Assembly: GCA_964588165.1 (NCBI GenBank)
Contig: CAZPMS010000004.1
Location: forward strand, 32,019 to 96,018
Origin: an uncultured Gammaproteobacteria bacterium
Lineage (GTDB): Bacteria > Patescibacteriota > Patescibacteriia > UBA1558 > UBA10009
Length of the DNA: 64,000 nt
Direction of reading: 5' to 3'
The notes under the pieces were generated by a model. That model was not told the DNA's origin. It ran no database searches and saw nothing but the letters and a program-made list of their open reading frames with translations. Each line of letters opens with the position of its first letter. Position 1 is the stretch's first letter. Shown here in pieces: positions 1 through 9,807 of this stretch. Position numbers and translations under genes: made by a program.

Positions 1-1143
1 TCATTAATGCTATTTGTATAACTGTCAATCTCACCCAAAGAATCTCTAACCTCTAAATTTATGGTAAAAGTGGAAGTGGAATTATAAACATGGCTTTTAA
101 TATAGCCTCTAAAGTCCGTTTCCCAAGTAGTGTCAAAAGTTGCATCGTTTTCCCAATCCCATCTAAAATCCAAGTCGGAAATATCTTCTTCAAAATCGGA
201 AGTGCAATTGGCGTTAAAGCTAAATACCTGATCCACAACATCGGATGAAGCCGGATCTACCGTAAAGCAAGCTAGAGGGACTTTATTTTCGTTCCAATCA
301 AATCTCATTTGATAAAGCTGCGGGGTAACATTGGTGTTGGTTGTCTGTAATCTGGCTTTCCAATAAAGCTCATTGCCTATGCTGCCCAAAAAAGGAACAT
401 AAACCGCATCCGGAACAGACTCACCTGGAAATTCAAACCAGATATTATTATGCGGCTGCCCGCTAGTGTCGCCATACCAATCAGAACCGTTATTAGAAAC
501 CTGGTATTTCATAGTATGTCCAAAAGGCCATTGAACCGGTTGGAAAGTAACTCCTATAATATCATCATTACTTACTCCTGATAATAAATTAGTAGAAAAA
601 ACATTGCCATTAGGATGATACTTAGGCGGATTAAGCGGCAACTCTACTAGAGCCCTTACAGTATCCCAAGTATCACTAGTAGCCGAACCTTTATAAATCT
701 CATCATTAAAACTTTCTACAAAATAAGTGGCAGTATGATTAGTTACCCGATGTGATAATGATAAAGCTGCCTGAAAATATTCGCTCCAAATACCAGATTT
801 GGCTGTTCTGGTTCTAAATAATAAAGTTGGGGCATAAATTTTGGAAGTGGACCAAAAATAAACTCCACGCTTAACACTAATCACTGTAAAATTGGCATCT
901 ATATCAGACCAAATCTCGCCGCCATCAGTAGAATATTGGAGTTCTATATCGTCCGGTATATCTTGAGATGCAGTAATATCAATTACAATAAGTGAATCAT
1001 AAGGATCATCAGTTCCACCATTACTTAAAATATCATCTCCGCCAATAAAAGCCACCGTGGGAGCAGGCGGCGCTTCTTGGGCTTTAACCGAAATAACGGC
1101 CACAAGCAATAAAGTAAAGCAGATTGTGATTATTCTAATTTTC
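1..1143 (-). CDS. Secreted protein with N-terminal signal peptide, 3'-truncated by window edge. Starts at ATG 1143 (MKIRIITICFTLLLVAVISVKAQ...). The supplied ORF track lists no ORF covering this span.
   Basis: Manual reverse-complement translation from 1143 gives an uninterrupted frame to position 1. The N-terminus is hydrophobic and signal-like. It lies in an operon with two downstream secreted proteins. Confidence 0.6.
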
Positions 1144-1157
1144 ATTTATTTTTAAAA

Positions 1158-2027
1158 TTATAGGCCCGAAGGTAGGTTATAATTTTCATCAATACAACCC
1201 CTTAAATACAAATTGCCATCATTATCAAAATAGGCCATAGCATCTGCACCTGGGAAATTATTGCTATGGATTACAAAATTATTTGGGTCTGCCGGTTCAT
1301 CATCAGGTATATCAAAATTTTCTATAACTTCGGCACCGGCAATATATAATCTACCTTCCGGACCCTGAAAAAACCAATCTTTGGAACAATACCAAAACAT
1401 AGCTATGGTAGCGCCAACATCATTCTTTATTTCATAATAATAGTGTTCACCATCAGCAGAACAACCATCTACATTATTTTTTAAATCATTAAACTCCGCA
1501 GGTAAAGTTTCTTTAAAAATAGGATACCAGCCAACACCGTAGATAGCTAAATCGCCCAGCTCAGTAAAAAAAGCTACATCTTCGTTACCCGGTGCTTTAA
1601 TGGCCAGCTTGGTAAAATTACCCGGATCTGTAATTTCACATTCTTCACCACCTGGATCCGGGCCATAACCAGAACTACCGCCGCCGCCAAAACTATCCAG
1701 TAAACAAGAACCGCAATTAGCATCTAATAAAGGCAGGTAACAAAGGCCTGGAGGCGTACAAATTGCCGGCGTAAAAGGAAAAACAGGATTAATACAAGAT
1801 GAACAATCATCATTAGAATCACAAGAAGTTGGAAAATAAGCACAAAATTCTCCTCCTGGACATTGAGAATTATCAGCACAAGCTCCGCTACCACCGTCGC
1901 CGGCATCTCTGGCATAAACTAACTTTAATTGGCGATCAATACTGGTTGATCCAAAAAAAATAAAATAAATACCGACAGATAATAAGGCAATTATGGTTAA
2001 GCCTGTAATTAAATAAGTTTTTTTCAT
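1158..2027 (-). CDS. Cys-rich secreted or membrane-anchored hypothetical protein
   Basis: 289-aa ORF with an N-terminal TM/signal segment (LITGLTIIALLSVGIYFIFF), many Cys residues and Gly-rich stretches. Confidence 0.6.
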   Translation of the reverse strand: MKKTYLITGLTIIALLSVGIYFIFFGSTSIDRQLKLVYARDAGDGGSGACADNSQCPGGEFCAYFPTSCDSNDDCSSCINPVFPFTPAICTPPGLCYLPLLDANCGSCLLDSFGGGGSSGYGPDPGGEECEITDPGNFTKLAIKAPGNEDVAFFTELGDLAIYGVGWYPIFKETLPAEFNDLKNNVDGCSADGEHYYYEIKNDVGATIAMFWYCSKDWFFQGPEGRLYIAGAEVIENFDIPDDEPADPNNFVIHSNNFPGADAMAYFDNDGNLYLRGCIDENYNLPSGL

Positions 2028-2029
2028 AA

Positions 2030-4567
2030 CTATTCGCCTAAATTAATAATTACATTTCCATTGCTAAATTCAATTACAGTATCACCATCTGATTTTTGGA
2101 TATTGCCACCCAAACGCATATCACCATCCACTTCTAAATCATCTTCAACATATAAATCGCCGTCATCTGTTGCTAAACCATTGGCACAATTTTCTTCATC
2201 ACAAATTTTTACTAAACCGTCCCAAACTGTTAAATCTCCGCTTCCTGCAGACGAAAAGCCACTATCATCATTAACTGAAATTCCGCCATAAACTTTAACA
2301 TCCCCGTTCACGCCTAATTTTGATGAGGGGTTTGTTGTCCCAATACCAACATTCCCCCTATAATTTGCCAAAAAAACATCGCCATCGGTACCGTTTAACT
2401 GCTTTTGACCACCATTTAAATAAAGGCTGCCTCCATTATAGTCTGCTTCCGGGTCTTTGTTATGGACCAATACTCCTTCAGCAAAATAAGTATTGGGGCT
2501 TTCTACGCTTAAATTATAAACCAGCAGTTCTTGGTTAACTTTTTCTTTACTGCTTAACTTTAACCAACCATCAGCTGTAAACAGTTTATCACCAATAGCT
2601 AAATCTTTAACTTTTTTCCATCCTTTGCTGGTATAAAAAGGATGTTCAGGAGTTACTTGAATATGATTATTTAGAATATAAAATGAATTTGCTTTTCTTG
2701 AAAATAAATCTAAAACTTTTACCTCAACCTTTTTATCAGCTTCAATATCATAACCCAAAACAGTATCGCCTATTTTTAAATCTTTTATCATTGTAACGCC
2801 ATTAGGAGTGCTTATCCTTGTTTCACCAGAAAAACAAACGCTGGAGCCACCAGCGGTTATTTGTAAATTATTACCGGTGGTACTAGAATCATCAATACTG
2901 ACTGCCCTGGCTGAACCGTCGTTAAAAGTGATATCACCATCATTTAAATCTAAATCGCCGTTGTTTAAAGTAAAGCCTTCAGTATTTACAGCTCCATTAT
3001 TTACAACAAGGGTTCCCTCAATGTAAGTATCTCCGTCTGATTCAATTTTAAACCTATCATTACTTTCATTTTGTAATAACAGCAAACTGCCAATGGAAGC
3101 ACTATCAATATTTCCATAAATTAAATTATCTGATACATTATCCAAATCTAGTGAAGCTGAGCCAGCTATAAACATATTGTTTAAAACCAAATTACCATCC
3201 TTTTCTACGGTTAATCTTATTTCTTCACGCGACAAGGTATCATCCCAGGTAGTAAAAAGCAGGTCATTGTTACTGTGAATAATTAAATCATCAGTAGTTG
3301 CGCCAACTCCCCTTAAAACACTATCGCCATCATTAGCATTATAATTTAAACACGTATTACAGGTAGACATACCTAATTGTACTGCTTTAGTATCAGAAGA
3401 TCTTGCCGTTAAGCTTGGATATGTTGGATGCTCAATAATTATATTGCCGTCATCATAAACTCTAACTGCATTAGCTACAGTTGTATTATCTGCAGATATA
3501 TAAGTGCCTTGATCAGTCCATAAGCCATCACCACCGCCTACTGCTGCCCAATTGGCTATACAATCACCGTTAATACAGATTTCATCAGAAACATTAATGT
3601 CGCCGTTAACATCCAGTTCATAGGCTGGATTCTCACCAGCAAGAGTATTTATTCCAACATAATTAGTAGCTCTTGCCGGGTTTATAATAATGTCTCTACT
3701 GGCTGTTATAAAAAAATCGCTAGTTGCATTATCAAGATAAAAATAGCCATTCTCCGTACCTACAAGCAACTTAAATTCAGCATTGTTATTTGTTGACTCA
3801 ACTAAAGCTGTTTGACGGCCAGGCCCATAAACATACAATTCTACATTTCCCGGACTATCTGTTCCTATGCCCACTTTGCCATCATTAGTTATTACCATCT
3901 TTGGCGAAGTAAAGGTTGTTCCGCCAATAGCATCAGAACGGGTAAAATCCAAACCGCCAATTGCCGATTGGGCACCAATTTTCCAGTTATAATGGGTGCT
4001 GGCAATATTGGATATAATTCTAAGTCCGGATCCGCTACCGCCTAAAGGATTATTATTAATTAAAAAATTTCCATCTTCTATACCAAACGGTCCATAAAAA
4101 TAACCGGACCAGCCACCCGTAGTATTTTGCGATTGCAATGCCACGCTACCGGCCATACCTGTATTAGTAACCAATAAACTAATGGCCGCATCTGCTGTAT
4201 TATCCGAATTATCAATAACTACTACTGAATCTGATTCAGCCTCTACTCTTGTTAAATTGGCTTCTATATTTAAAGCTGACTGAACAGTAGAAGTAAAGTT
4301 AATTAAAGAACCAGCAAAATCATGGCTGGGGCTGCCAGTTACATTAATAGTATTATTAAAAGTTGCCGATGAGTCTACGGCCAATTCGCCCTGAATGGTT
4401 AAGTTTCCGGCTTTAGTTTGTGGATCGCTACTTACATCAATTGGCCTAGGCCTATTGCCAGTCGGTGGATTACTGGGAGGCGGCTCCCAAACATCAGCTT
4501 TTACTGTTGGTGTAATAAAGCTTAATGCCAAAAAAAATGACAAAATAATAAAAATTGTTTTTTTCAT
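2030..4567 (-). CDS. Large secreted surface protein (845 aa) with an internal bacterial intein-like (BIL/Hint) domain and a 142-aa Asp/Gly-rich C-terminal module
   Basis: Signal peptide MKKTIFIILSFFLALSFITPTVKA. Long Asn/Gly/Thr-rich beta-type region. The Hint block runs CFSGETRI ... TPEHPF ... VYNLSVESPNTYFAEGVLVHN. Confidence 0.7.
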   Translation of the reverse strand: MKKTIFIILSFFLALSFITPTVKADVWEPPPSNPPTGNRPRPIDVSSDPQTKAGNLTIQGELAVDSSATFNNTINVTGSPSHDFAGSLINFTSTVQSALNIEANLTRVEAESDSVVVIDNSDNTADAAISLLVTNTGMAGSVALQSQNTTGGWSGYFYGPFGIEDGNFLINNNPLGGSGSGLRIISNIASTHYNWKIGAQSAIGGLDFTRSDAIGGTTFTSPKMVITNDGKVGIGTDSPGNVELYVYGPGRQTALVESTNNNAEFKLLVGTENGYFYLDNATSDFFITASRDIIINPARATNYVGINTLAGENPAYELDVNGDINVSDEICINGDCIANWAAVGGGDGLWTDQGTYISADNTTVANAVRVYDDGNIIIEHPTYPSLTARSSDTKAVQLGMSTCNTCLNYNANDGDSVLRGVGATTDDLIIHSNNDLLFTTWDDTLSREEIRLTVEKDGNLVLNNMFIAGSASLDLDNVSDNLIYGNIDSASIGSLLLLQNESNDRFKIESDGDTYIEGTLVVNNGAVNTEGFTLNNGDLDLNDGDITFNDGSARAVSIDDSSTTGNNLQITAGGSSVCFSGETRISTPNGVTMIKDLKIGDTVLGYDIEADKKVEVKVLDLFSRKANSFYILNNHIQVTPEHPFYTSKGWKKVKDLAIGDKLFTADGWLKLSSKEKVNQELLVYNLSVESPNTYFAEGVLVHNKDPEADYNGGSLYLNGGQKQLNGTDGDVFLANYRGNVGIGTTNPSSKLGVNGDVKVYGGISVNDDSGFSSAGSGDLTVWDGLVKICDEENCANGLATDDGDLYVEDDLEVDGDMRLGGNIQKSDGDTVIEFSNGNVIINLGE
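2459..2836 (-). other. BIL/Hint (bacterial intein-like) domain, 126 aa, embedded in CDS 2030..4567
   Basis: Intein block A (CFSGETRISTPNG), block B TxxH (VTPEHPF) and block F/G (VYNLSVE..NTYFAEGVLVHN) are all present. The +1 residue after HN is Lys, not Cys/Ser/Thr, so this is BIL-type rather than a splicing intein. Confidence 0.6.
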
Positions 4568-4607
4568 AAATTTATAATTTAAAATTTTTTGATTATTAAA
4601 ATGGTTT

Positions 4608-4636
4608 TTGACTATTTATTATCTAAATTGTATAAT
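4608..4636 (+). promoter_or_regulatory. Sigma70-like promoter (TTGACT, 17-bp spacer, TATAAT) for the 4659-6500 operon
   Basis: -35 ttgact at 4608-4613 and -10 tataat at 4631-4636, read directly from the sequence. Confidence 0.5.
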
Positions 4637-4658
4637 AAATCCGCATTAAAAACAACTT

Positions 4659-4943
4659 ATGGAACAACATAAACAAACTACTTTTGTCAAATCAATTGTT
4701 ATAATGATAATAGTTGTTTTATTATTAACTATTGCCTGGTTAATTTTTAAATACCCATGTTTATTAGATAGTAACAAATGCCAAACCCAGCCAATGGATA
4801 ATATACCCGAAAATGTTGACACTAAATCACCGGAAAATACTCTGCCCGAAACTGCGCCACCTTTAATAAAAAACGGTAACGGAGATTCACCAGCAATTTT
4901 TACTAATAATCTTCCAAAAGCGCCACCTTTAATAAATAATTAA
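4659..4943 (+). CDS. Small membrane protein, Pro-rich C-terminus
   Basis: 94-aa ORF with one TM segment (IVIMIIVVLLLTIAWLIF), located downstream of the promoter. Confidence 0.45.
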   Translation: MEQHKQTTFVKSIVIMIIVVLLLTIAWLIFKYPCLLDSNKCQTQPMDNIPENVDTKSPENTLPETAPPLIKNGNGDSPAIFTNNLPKAPPLINN

Positions 4944-4959
4944 ATAAATATATAAAAAT

Positions 4960-5514
4960 ATGGAAAACATTCTTTGGATAATTTTAGGTTTAATTGTACT
5001 GATATTTTTCTGGCTTATTGGCATTTATAATGTTTTGGTTAGGCTTAAAATAAGAGTAGAAGAAGCTTGGTCTGATATTGATGTCCAATTAAAAAGAAGG
5101 TATGATCTGATTCCAAATTTAGTAGAAGCGGTAAAAGGTTATGTTAAACACGAAAAAGAGCTATTAGAAAATGTTACCAAAGCCAGGGCAAATGCCATGA
5201 ATGCCAAAACGCCGGAATCTAAAGGCAAGGCAGAAAATATGCTTTCAGAAACTTTAAAATCTTTATTTGCCGTAGCAGAAAATTATCCCGACCTTAAAGC
5301 TTCACAAAATTTTGCCAAACTCCAAGATGAACTTTCTGATACTGAAAATAAAATCCAAGCGGCCAGAAGGTTTTACAACGGCAATGTTAGAGACTTTAAT
5401 ACCAAGATTGAAATTTTCCCTAATAATTTAGTTGCCGGCATGCTTAGCTTTAAGAAACGGGAATTTTTTGAAATTGAAAAGAAAGAAAAAGAAAACGTTA
5501 AAGTTGAATTTTAA
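4960..5514 (+). CDS. lemA: LemA family protein
   Basis: N-terminal TM followed by the LemA signature ([30 protein letters not shown] ... [11 protein letters not shown] ... AARRFYN). Confidence 0.85.
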   Translation: MENILWIILGLIVLIFFWLIGIYNVLVRLKIRVEEAWSDIDVQLKRRYDLIPNLVEAVKGYVKHEKELLENVTKARANAMNAKTPESKGKAENMLSETLKSLFAVAENYPDLKASQNFAKLQDELSDTENKIQAARRFYNGNVRDFNTKIEIFPNNLVAGMLSFKKREFFEIEKKEKENVKVEF

Positions 5515-5612
5515 TTATTACGCGGATTATTGACGCCGATAAGCACGGACCATCATATCTGTGAAAAATCTGCGAATATCCGCGTTTTAAATCTGCGTTA
5601 TTTAAACTAACT

Positions 5613-6500
5613 ATGTATTCTCAAATTGACTCTAACAAAAGAAAAACTTGGTTACTGATGATTATTTTTTTTGTAGTGATTGTTGGCCTTGGTTGGATTT
5701 TTTCTGAAGCTTACAATTTTGGCTACAATGGGGTGGCTATTGCCGTATTTATTGCCATAGTTATGAATCTATTCAGTTACTTTAAAGGTGATAAGGTGGC
5801 CTTGGCAATGGCTGGTGCAAAGCAAATTAATAAAGAGGCTAACCCTTATGTTTACCGGATGGTAGAAAATCTTTGTATTACTGCTGGCGTGCCAACGCCT
5901 AAAGTTTATATAATGAACGATCCCAATATTAATGCTTTTGCCACCGGCCGAAAGCCGGAACTTGCTTCTGTAGCTGTTACTACCGGTGCTATTGATAAAT
6001 TGGAGAATGAAGAATTGGAAGGCGTAATTGCCCACGAGTTAGCTCATGTTAAAAACTACGATATTAGGCTGATGATGATTGTAATTATTTGCGTAGGCAT
6101 AATTACTTTAATGGCCGACTTCTTTTTAAGAGCCCAATTCATATTTGGCGGCAAAAGAAACAGTCGTGAAGGCGGTAATTTAGGGGCAATCTTGATGATT
6201 GCAGGAATTGCTTTAGCTATTCTTTCCCCTATTTTTGCCAGCCTAATTCAATTGGCAGTTTCCAGAAAAAGAGAATATTTAGCTGATGCTTCCGGAGCTT
6301 TATTAACCAGGTACCCGGAAGGCCTGGCCAGGGCCCTGGAAAAAATTAAAAATAATAATCAACCTACTAAAAAGGCCAATCATGCCACAGCACATTTATT
6401 TATTGCCAGCCCTTTTAAACCGGCTTCCAAAATGGCTGGTTTATTTTCTACCCATCCGCCAGTTGATGAGAGAATTGCCAAACTTAGAAAGATGGCATAG
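5613..6500 (+). CDS. htpX: HtpX-type M48 zinc metalloprotease
   Basis: HEXXH motif (IAHELAHVKNYD), multiple TM segments, C-terminal STHPPVDERI. LemA-HtpX neighbourhood is typical. Confidence 0.85.
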   Translation: MYSQIDSNKRKTWLLMIIFFVVIVGLGWIFSEAYNFGYNGVAIAVFIAIVMNLFSYFKGDKVALAMAGAKQINKEANPYVYRMVENLCITAGVPTPKVYIMNDPNINAFATGRKPELASVAVTTGAIDKLENEELEGVIAHELAHVKNYDIRLMMIVIICVGIITLMADFFLRAQFIFGGKRNSREGGNLGAILMIAGIALAILSPIFASLIQLAVSRKREYLADASGALLTRYPEGLARALEKIKNNNQPTKKANHATAHLFIASPFKPASKMAGLFSTHPPVDERIAKLRKMA

Positions 6501-6511
6501 CAGGAAAAAAA

Positions 6512-6626
6512 CGACGAACCATAAAGGTTCGTCTGCGGGATGTGATAATCAGTCATCTCCAAAACAAAGCTTATACAATCCTCCCCTGTCTCCGTAACAG
6601 AACCTTTATGGTTCGTCTACGGGAAT
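6512..6626. repeat. Pair of inverted, self-palindromic ~28-bp hairpin elements (GACGAACC-ATAAA-GGTTCGTC / GAACC-TTTAT-GGTTCGTC) flanking a 56-bp spacer
   Basis: Read directly from sequence at 6512-6541 and 6598-6626. Sits between the htpX stop and the clpC promoter. Possible bidirectional terminator or small RNA. Confidence 0.4.
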
Positions 6627-6740
6627 ATATTTGATTTTAAACTGATTCGCTTTTACAAAATATATTTTAATATAAAACGAAGCAGAGGAATTTATCCTCT
6701 GCTTTATAAATAAAAACGATGGACCGTGCCCTAAAATGAG

Positions 6741-6770
6741 TTGACAAAAATAGCCAATTTTATCTATAAT
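6741..6770 (+). promoter_or_regulatory. Sigma70-like promoter (TTGACA, 18-bp spacer, TATAAT) immediately upstream of the clpC ATG
   Basis: ttgaca at 6741-6746 and tataat at 6765-6770. The ORF-track start at 6741 is this TTG -35 box. The true start is more likely the ATG at 6780. Confidence 0.5.
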
Positions 6771-6779
6771 AAATATCCT

Positions 6780-9293
6780 ATGAACGAAACTGAAATCTTC
6801 AAAAAATTTACCGGCCATTTAAAGAAAATTTTAACTCTGGCCCAAGATGTAGCTGCCGGCCTGCACCACCAAACCATAGAGCCGCTCCATCTTTTATATT
6901 GCCTGGCTAATGAACGTGGCAGTATTGGAGCATCTATTTTATATAAAAATAAACTAACCCCTGATAAAGTTAAGTCTGTTTTAGAAATTCTAAATAACCA
7001 TCAAGTGGCCCAAACTACCACAAAAGCCTTGCCTGTTCTTTCTAAGCAGTCACAAATAATTCTGGAAAGGGCCGTTAAAACAGCTTTTCAAAACCAGCAC
7101 AAATATATTGGCACAGAACACCTGCTTTTTAGTTTAATTGGCTCAACTGAAAAATTACTTTCAGATTTCTTTAATGAAAATAAAATAAACCCTCAAGGAT
7201 TACAAAACCACCTAAGAATTATCCTAAAAAGCACTTCAAAATTTTCTGACCTTACATCCGGTAAAACCGAGCTGCCGAATGAATCTTCTTTAGAAAGAGT
7301 TATGGTTGATAACTTAAGGCCGGATAACGATTCTGCCTTAAGTAATTTTGCCATTGATTTAACTGAAAAGAGCGTTCAGGCAAATATTGATCCCGTAATA
7401 GGCCGAGAGTTGGAAATTGACCGCTTAATCCAAATCCTTTCCAGGCGGACTAAAAATAATCCTATTTTATTGGGTGATCCCGGTACCGGTAAAACTGCTA
7501 TTGTAGAGGGTTTGGCCAAAAGAATTAATGAGGATAAAGTACCGGATGTTTTAGCCAATAAAAGAATTTTAAACTTAGACCTGGGCTCTACTTTAGCAGG
7601 CACCATGTACAGGGGCGAATTTGAAAACAGGTTAAAACAAATTATAGAAGAAGTTAAAAGCGATCCCAATATAATTTTATTTATTGATGAAGTCCACACT
7701 TTAATGGGAGCTGGCAATGCCACAGGCTCTTTGGATGCTGCTAACCTTTTTAAGCCGGAACTGGCCCGGGGCAATTTAAGGCTTATCGGCGCCACTACCA
7801 CGGAAGAATTCAAAAAACATATAGAGTCTGATCCGGCCTTTGAAAGGAGATTCCAGCCGATTATAATTGTGGAATCCAGCCCAGAAGAAACCGGAGATAT
7901 CTTAAAAGGAATTAAAAAAAATTACGAAAAATACCACCAAGTTAAAATTTCTGATGATGCTATAGAAGCTGCCATAGAACTTTCGGTTAGATATTTAACT
8001 GATAAATTTTTGCCTGATAAAGCCATAGATTTAATTGATGAAGCTGCTGCAAAAATTAAGGTAGAAGAAACTAAAAACGGCTTGGTTAAAACCATAAAAA
8101 AACTGGAGTTGGAGCTGAAAAAAATCCAAAAAAATAAGGAGCTTTTAATTTTAGAAGAAAAATTTGACGAAGCACTTAAATTCAAAAACCAAGAAGAAGA
8201 TATTTTAGTAAAGCTGGATGATTATAAAAAACAGGAGGAAAAAGAAAAAAAGAAAATCTTAGGCACCATTACCCGGAAAGATATTGCCATGGTTTTATCC
8301 AGGATGACAAAAATTCCTGTTTCTGAACTTATTTTAGAAGAAAAACAAAAACTTTTAGAGCTGGAAAGTACTTTACAGAAATATATTATCGGCCAAGATA
8401 AAGCTATTAAAGAACTGGCCGAAAGCATCAGGCGTTCCAGAGTGGGACTTTCCCATCCCGATAAACCAATAGCTTCATTTATATTTTTAGGCCCGTCCGG
8501 AGTTGGCAAAACCGAAACTGCTAAAGTACTGGCACGGGAAGTTTTTGAAAATGAAGATGCCTTAATTAGAATTGATATGTCGGAGTTTGCCGAATCTTTT
8601 AATATTTCCAAATTAATTGGGGCCCCAGCCGGTTATGTGGGTTACAAAGAACAAGGCAAGCTGACTGATGCTGTTAAAAAAAGGCCTTACAGCGTAGTTT
8701 TATTTGATGAAATTGAAAAAGCCCACCCAGAAGTTTTTAATTTGCTACTGCCGATTTTAGAAGACGGGCACATTACGGATGCTGTTGGTAAAAAAATTAA
8801 TTTCAAAAATACTATCATAATAATGACTTCTAATATTGGCCTTTCGGAATTTAACCGCTTTAGCTCTTTAGGTTTTGGCACTAAAGATAAAACTGACCAG
8901 CAGAAATTAATTGATGACTATATGATTTTAGAGGAAAAAATCCAGGCCGGCTTAAAAGATACTTTTAAACCGGAATTTTTAAACCGTTTAGACAAAGTGG
9001 TTATTTTTAAGCCTTTGGATGAAAAGGCCGCACTGGAAATCAGCAAACTTCAACTGGAAGAGCTTACCCAAAGAATCGCCCGACAAAACTATACCTTAAA
9101 AGTGAGCCAAAAAGTAATGAAACTGATTGTTGAACAAGGTTTTACTGCAGAAGAAGGCGCCAGGGGCATAAGAAGAGCTATTCAAGAAAAAATAGAAAAT
9201 CCTATAGCTTCTCAGCTGTTGAGTGATAAATTTAAAGCTGGTGATATAATTAAAGTTGGGACGGCAAAAGATAAAATTATTTTTGATAAGTAG
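6780..9293 (+). CDS. clpC: ClpC/ClpB-family AAA+ chaperone ATPase (Clp_N domain plus two AAA modules)
   Basis: Clp N-domain repeats. Walker A motifs GDPGTGKTAIVEG and GPSGVGKTETAKVLA. A LGFG loop in the second module is a possible ClpP-docking loop. Confidence 0.85.
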   Translation: MNETEIFKKFTGHLKKILTLAQDVAAGLHHQTIEPLHLLYCLANERGSIGASILYKNKLTPDKVKSVLEILNNHQVAQTTTKALPVLSKQSQIILERAVKTAFQNQHKYIGTEHLLFSLIGSTEKLLSDFFNENKINPQGLQNHLRIILKSTSKFSDLTSGKTELPNESSLERVMVDNLRPDNDSALSNFAIDLTEKSVQANIDPVIGRELEIDRLIQILSRRTKNNPILLGDPGTGKTAIVEGLAKRINEDKVPDVLANKRILNLDLGSTLAGTMYRGEFENRLKQIIEEVKSDPNIILFIDEVHTLMGAGNATGSLDAANLFKPELARGNLRLIGATTTEEFKKHIESDPAFERRFQPIIIVESSPEETGDILKGIKKNYEKYHQVKISDDAIEAAIELSVRYLTDKFLPDKAIDLIDEAAAKIKVEETKNGLVKTIKKLELELKKIQKNKELLILEEKFDEALKFKNQEEDILVKLDDYKKQEEKEKKKILGTITRKDIAMVLSRMTKIPVSELILEEKQKLLELESTLQKYIIGQDKAIKELAESIRRSRVGLSHPDKPIASFIFLGPSGVGKTETAKVLAREVFENEDALIRIDMSEFAESFNISKLIGAPAGYVGYKEQGKLTDAVKKRPYSVVLFDEIEKAHPEVFNLLLPILEDGHITDAVGKKINFKNTIIIMTSNIGLSEFNRFSSLGFGTKDKTDQQKLIDDYMILEEKIQAGLKDTFKPEFLNRLDKVVIFKPLDEKAALEISKLQLEELTQRIARQNYTLKVSQKVMKLIVEQGFTAEEGARGIRRAIQEKIENPIASQLLSDKFKAGDIIKVGTAKDKIIFDK

Positions 9294-9381
9294 GTATTAA
9301 AAACTAAAATATTAAAATAAATATTGCAGGGTCAAATATTTTTGATTCTGTTTTTTATTTTTATTATTATCCATTAACCAT

Positions 9382-9765
9382 ATGTTCTACAAAAACTTCT
9401 ATGATATGCCAGTTTGGCAAACTGGAGCAAAAATGGTCGAGGAAATATACTTGATTTCAAAAAATTTTCCAACCGAAGAAAAGTATGCTCTAACTTCTCA
9501 ACTCCGGAGGTCGGCGAACTCAATAATTGCCAACTTTGCGGAAAGTTACGGCAGATACTTTTACAAAGATAAAATTAGAGTTCTCTACATTGCTAGAGCA
9601 GAAGCTGAAGAAACATGAAGTCATTTATTAATTGCTAAAAAACTACTTTATTTAGATAAAGAAAAACATAAAGAATTAGATAAAAAATATAATCATTTAA
9701 TAATTGATATAAATAAAATGATTATTAAATACCACTATAAAAACAAAAATAAAAAAGGATTATAG
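9382..9765 (+). pseudogene. Four-helix-bundle protein (TIGR02436, 23S rRNA intervening-sequence protein family), frameshifted
   Basis: N-terminal 78 aa match the family (SQLRRSANSIIANFAESYG...LYIARAEAEET) and end at a TGA at 9616-9618. The +1 frame continues with the expected C-terminus (KHEVIYLIAKKLLYLDKEKHKELDKKYNHLIIDINKMIIKY) to a TAG at 9763-9765. Confidence 0.6.
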
Positions 9766-9807
9766 ATTATGGATTATTGTTTATGAATTGTTACCGTCAA
9801 AAACCTT

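Noticed and set aside
2459-2836. True self-splicing mini-intein
   Set aside because: The residue after the terminal Asn is Lys, not Cys/Ser/Thr. There is no endonuclease domain. The host is a secreted repeat protein, not a conserved enzyme. A BIL/Hint domain is the better fit.
2061-4577. Plus-strand ORFs (2061..2291, 2320..2538, 2808..3026, 3812..4045, 4395..4577) lying inside the 845-aa minus-strand gene
   Set aside because: Entirely antisense to a long, well-supported CDS, with low-complexity translations. Typical shadow ORFs.
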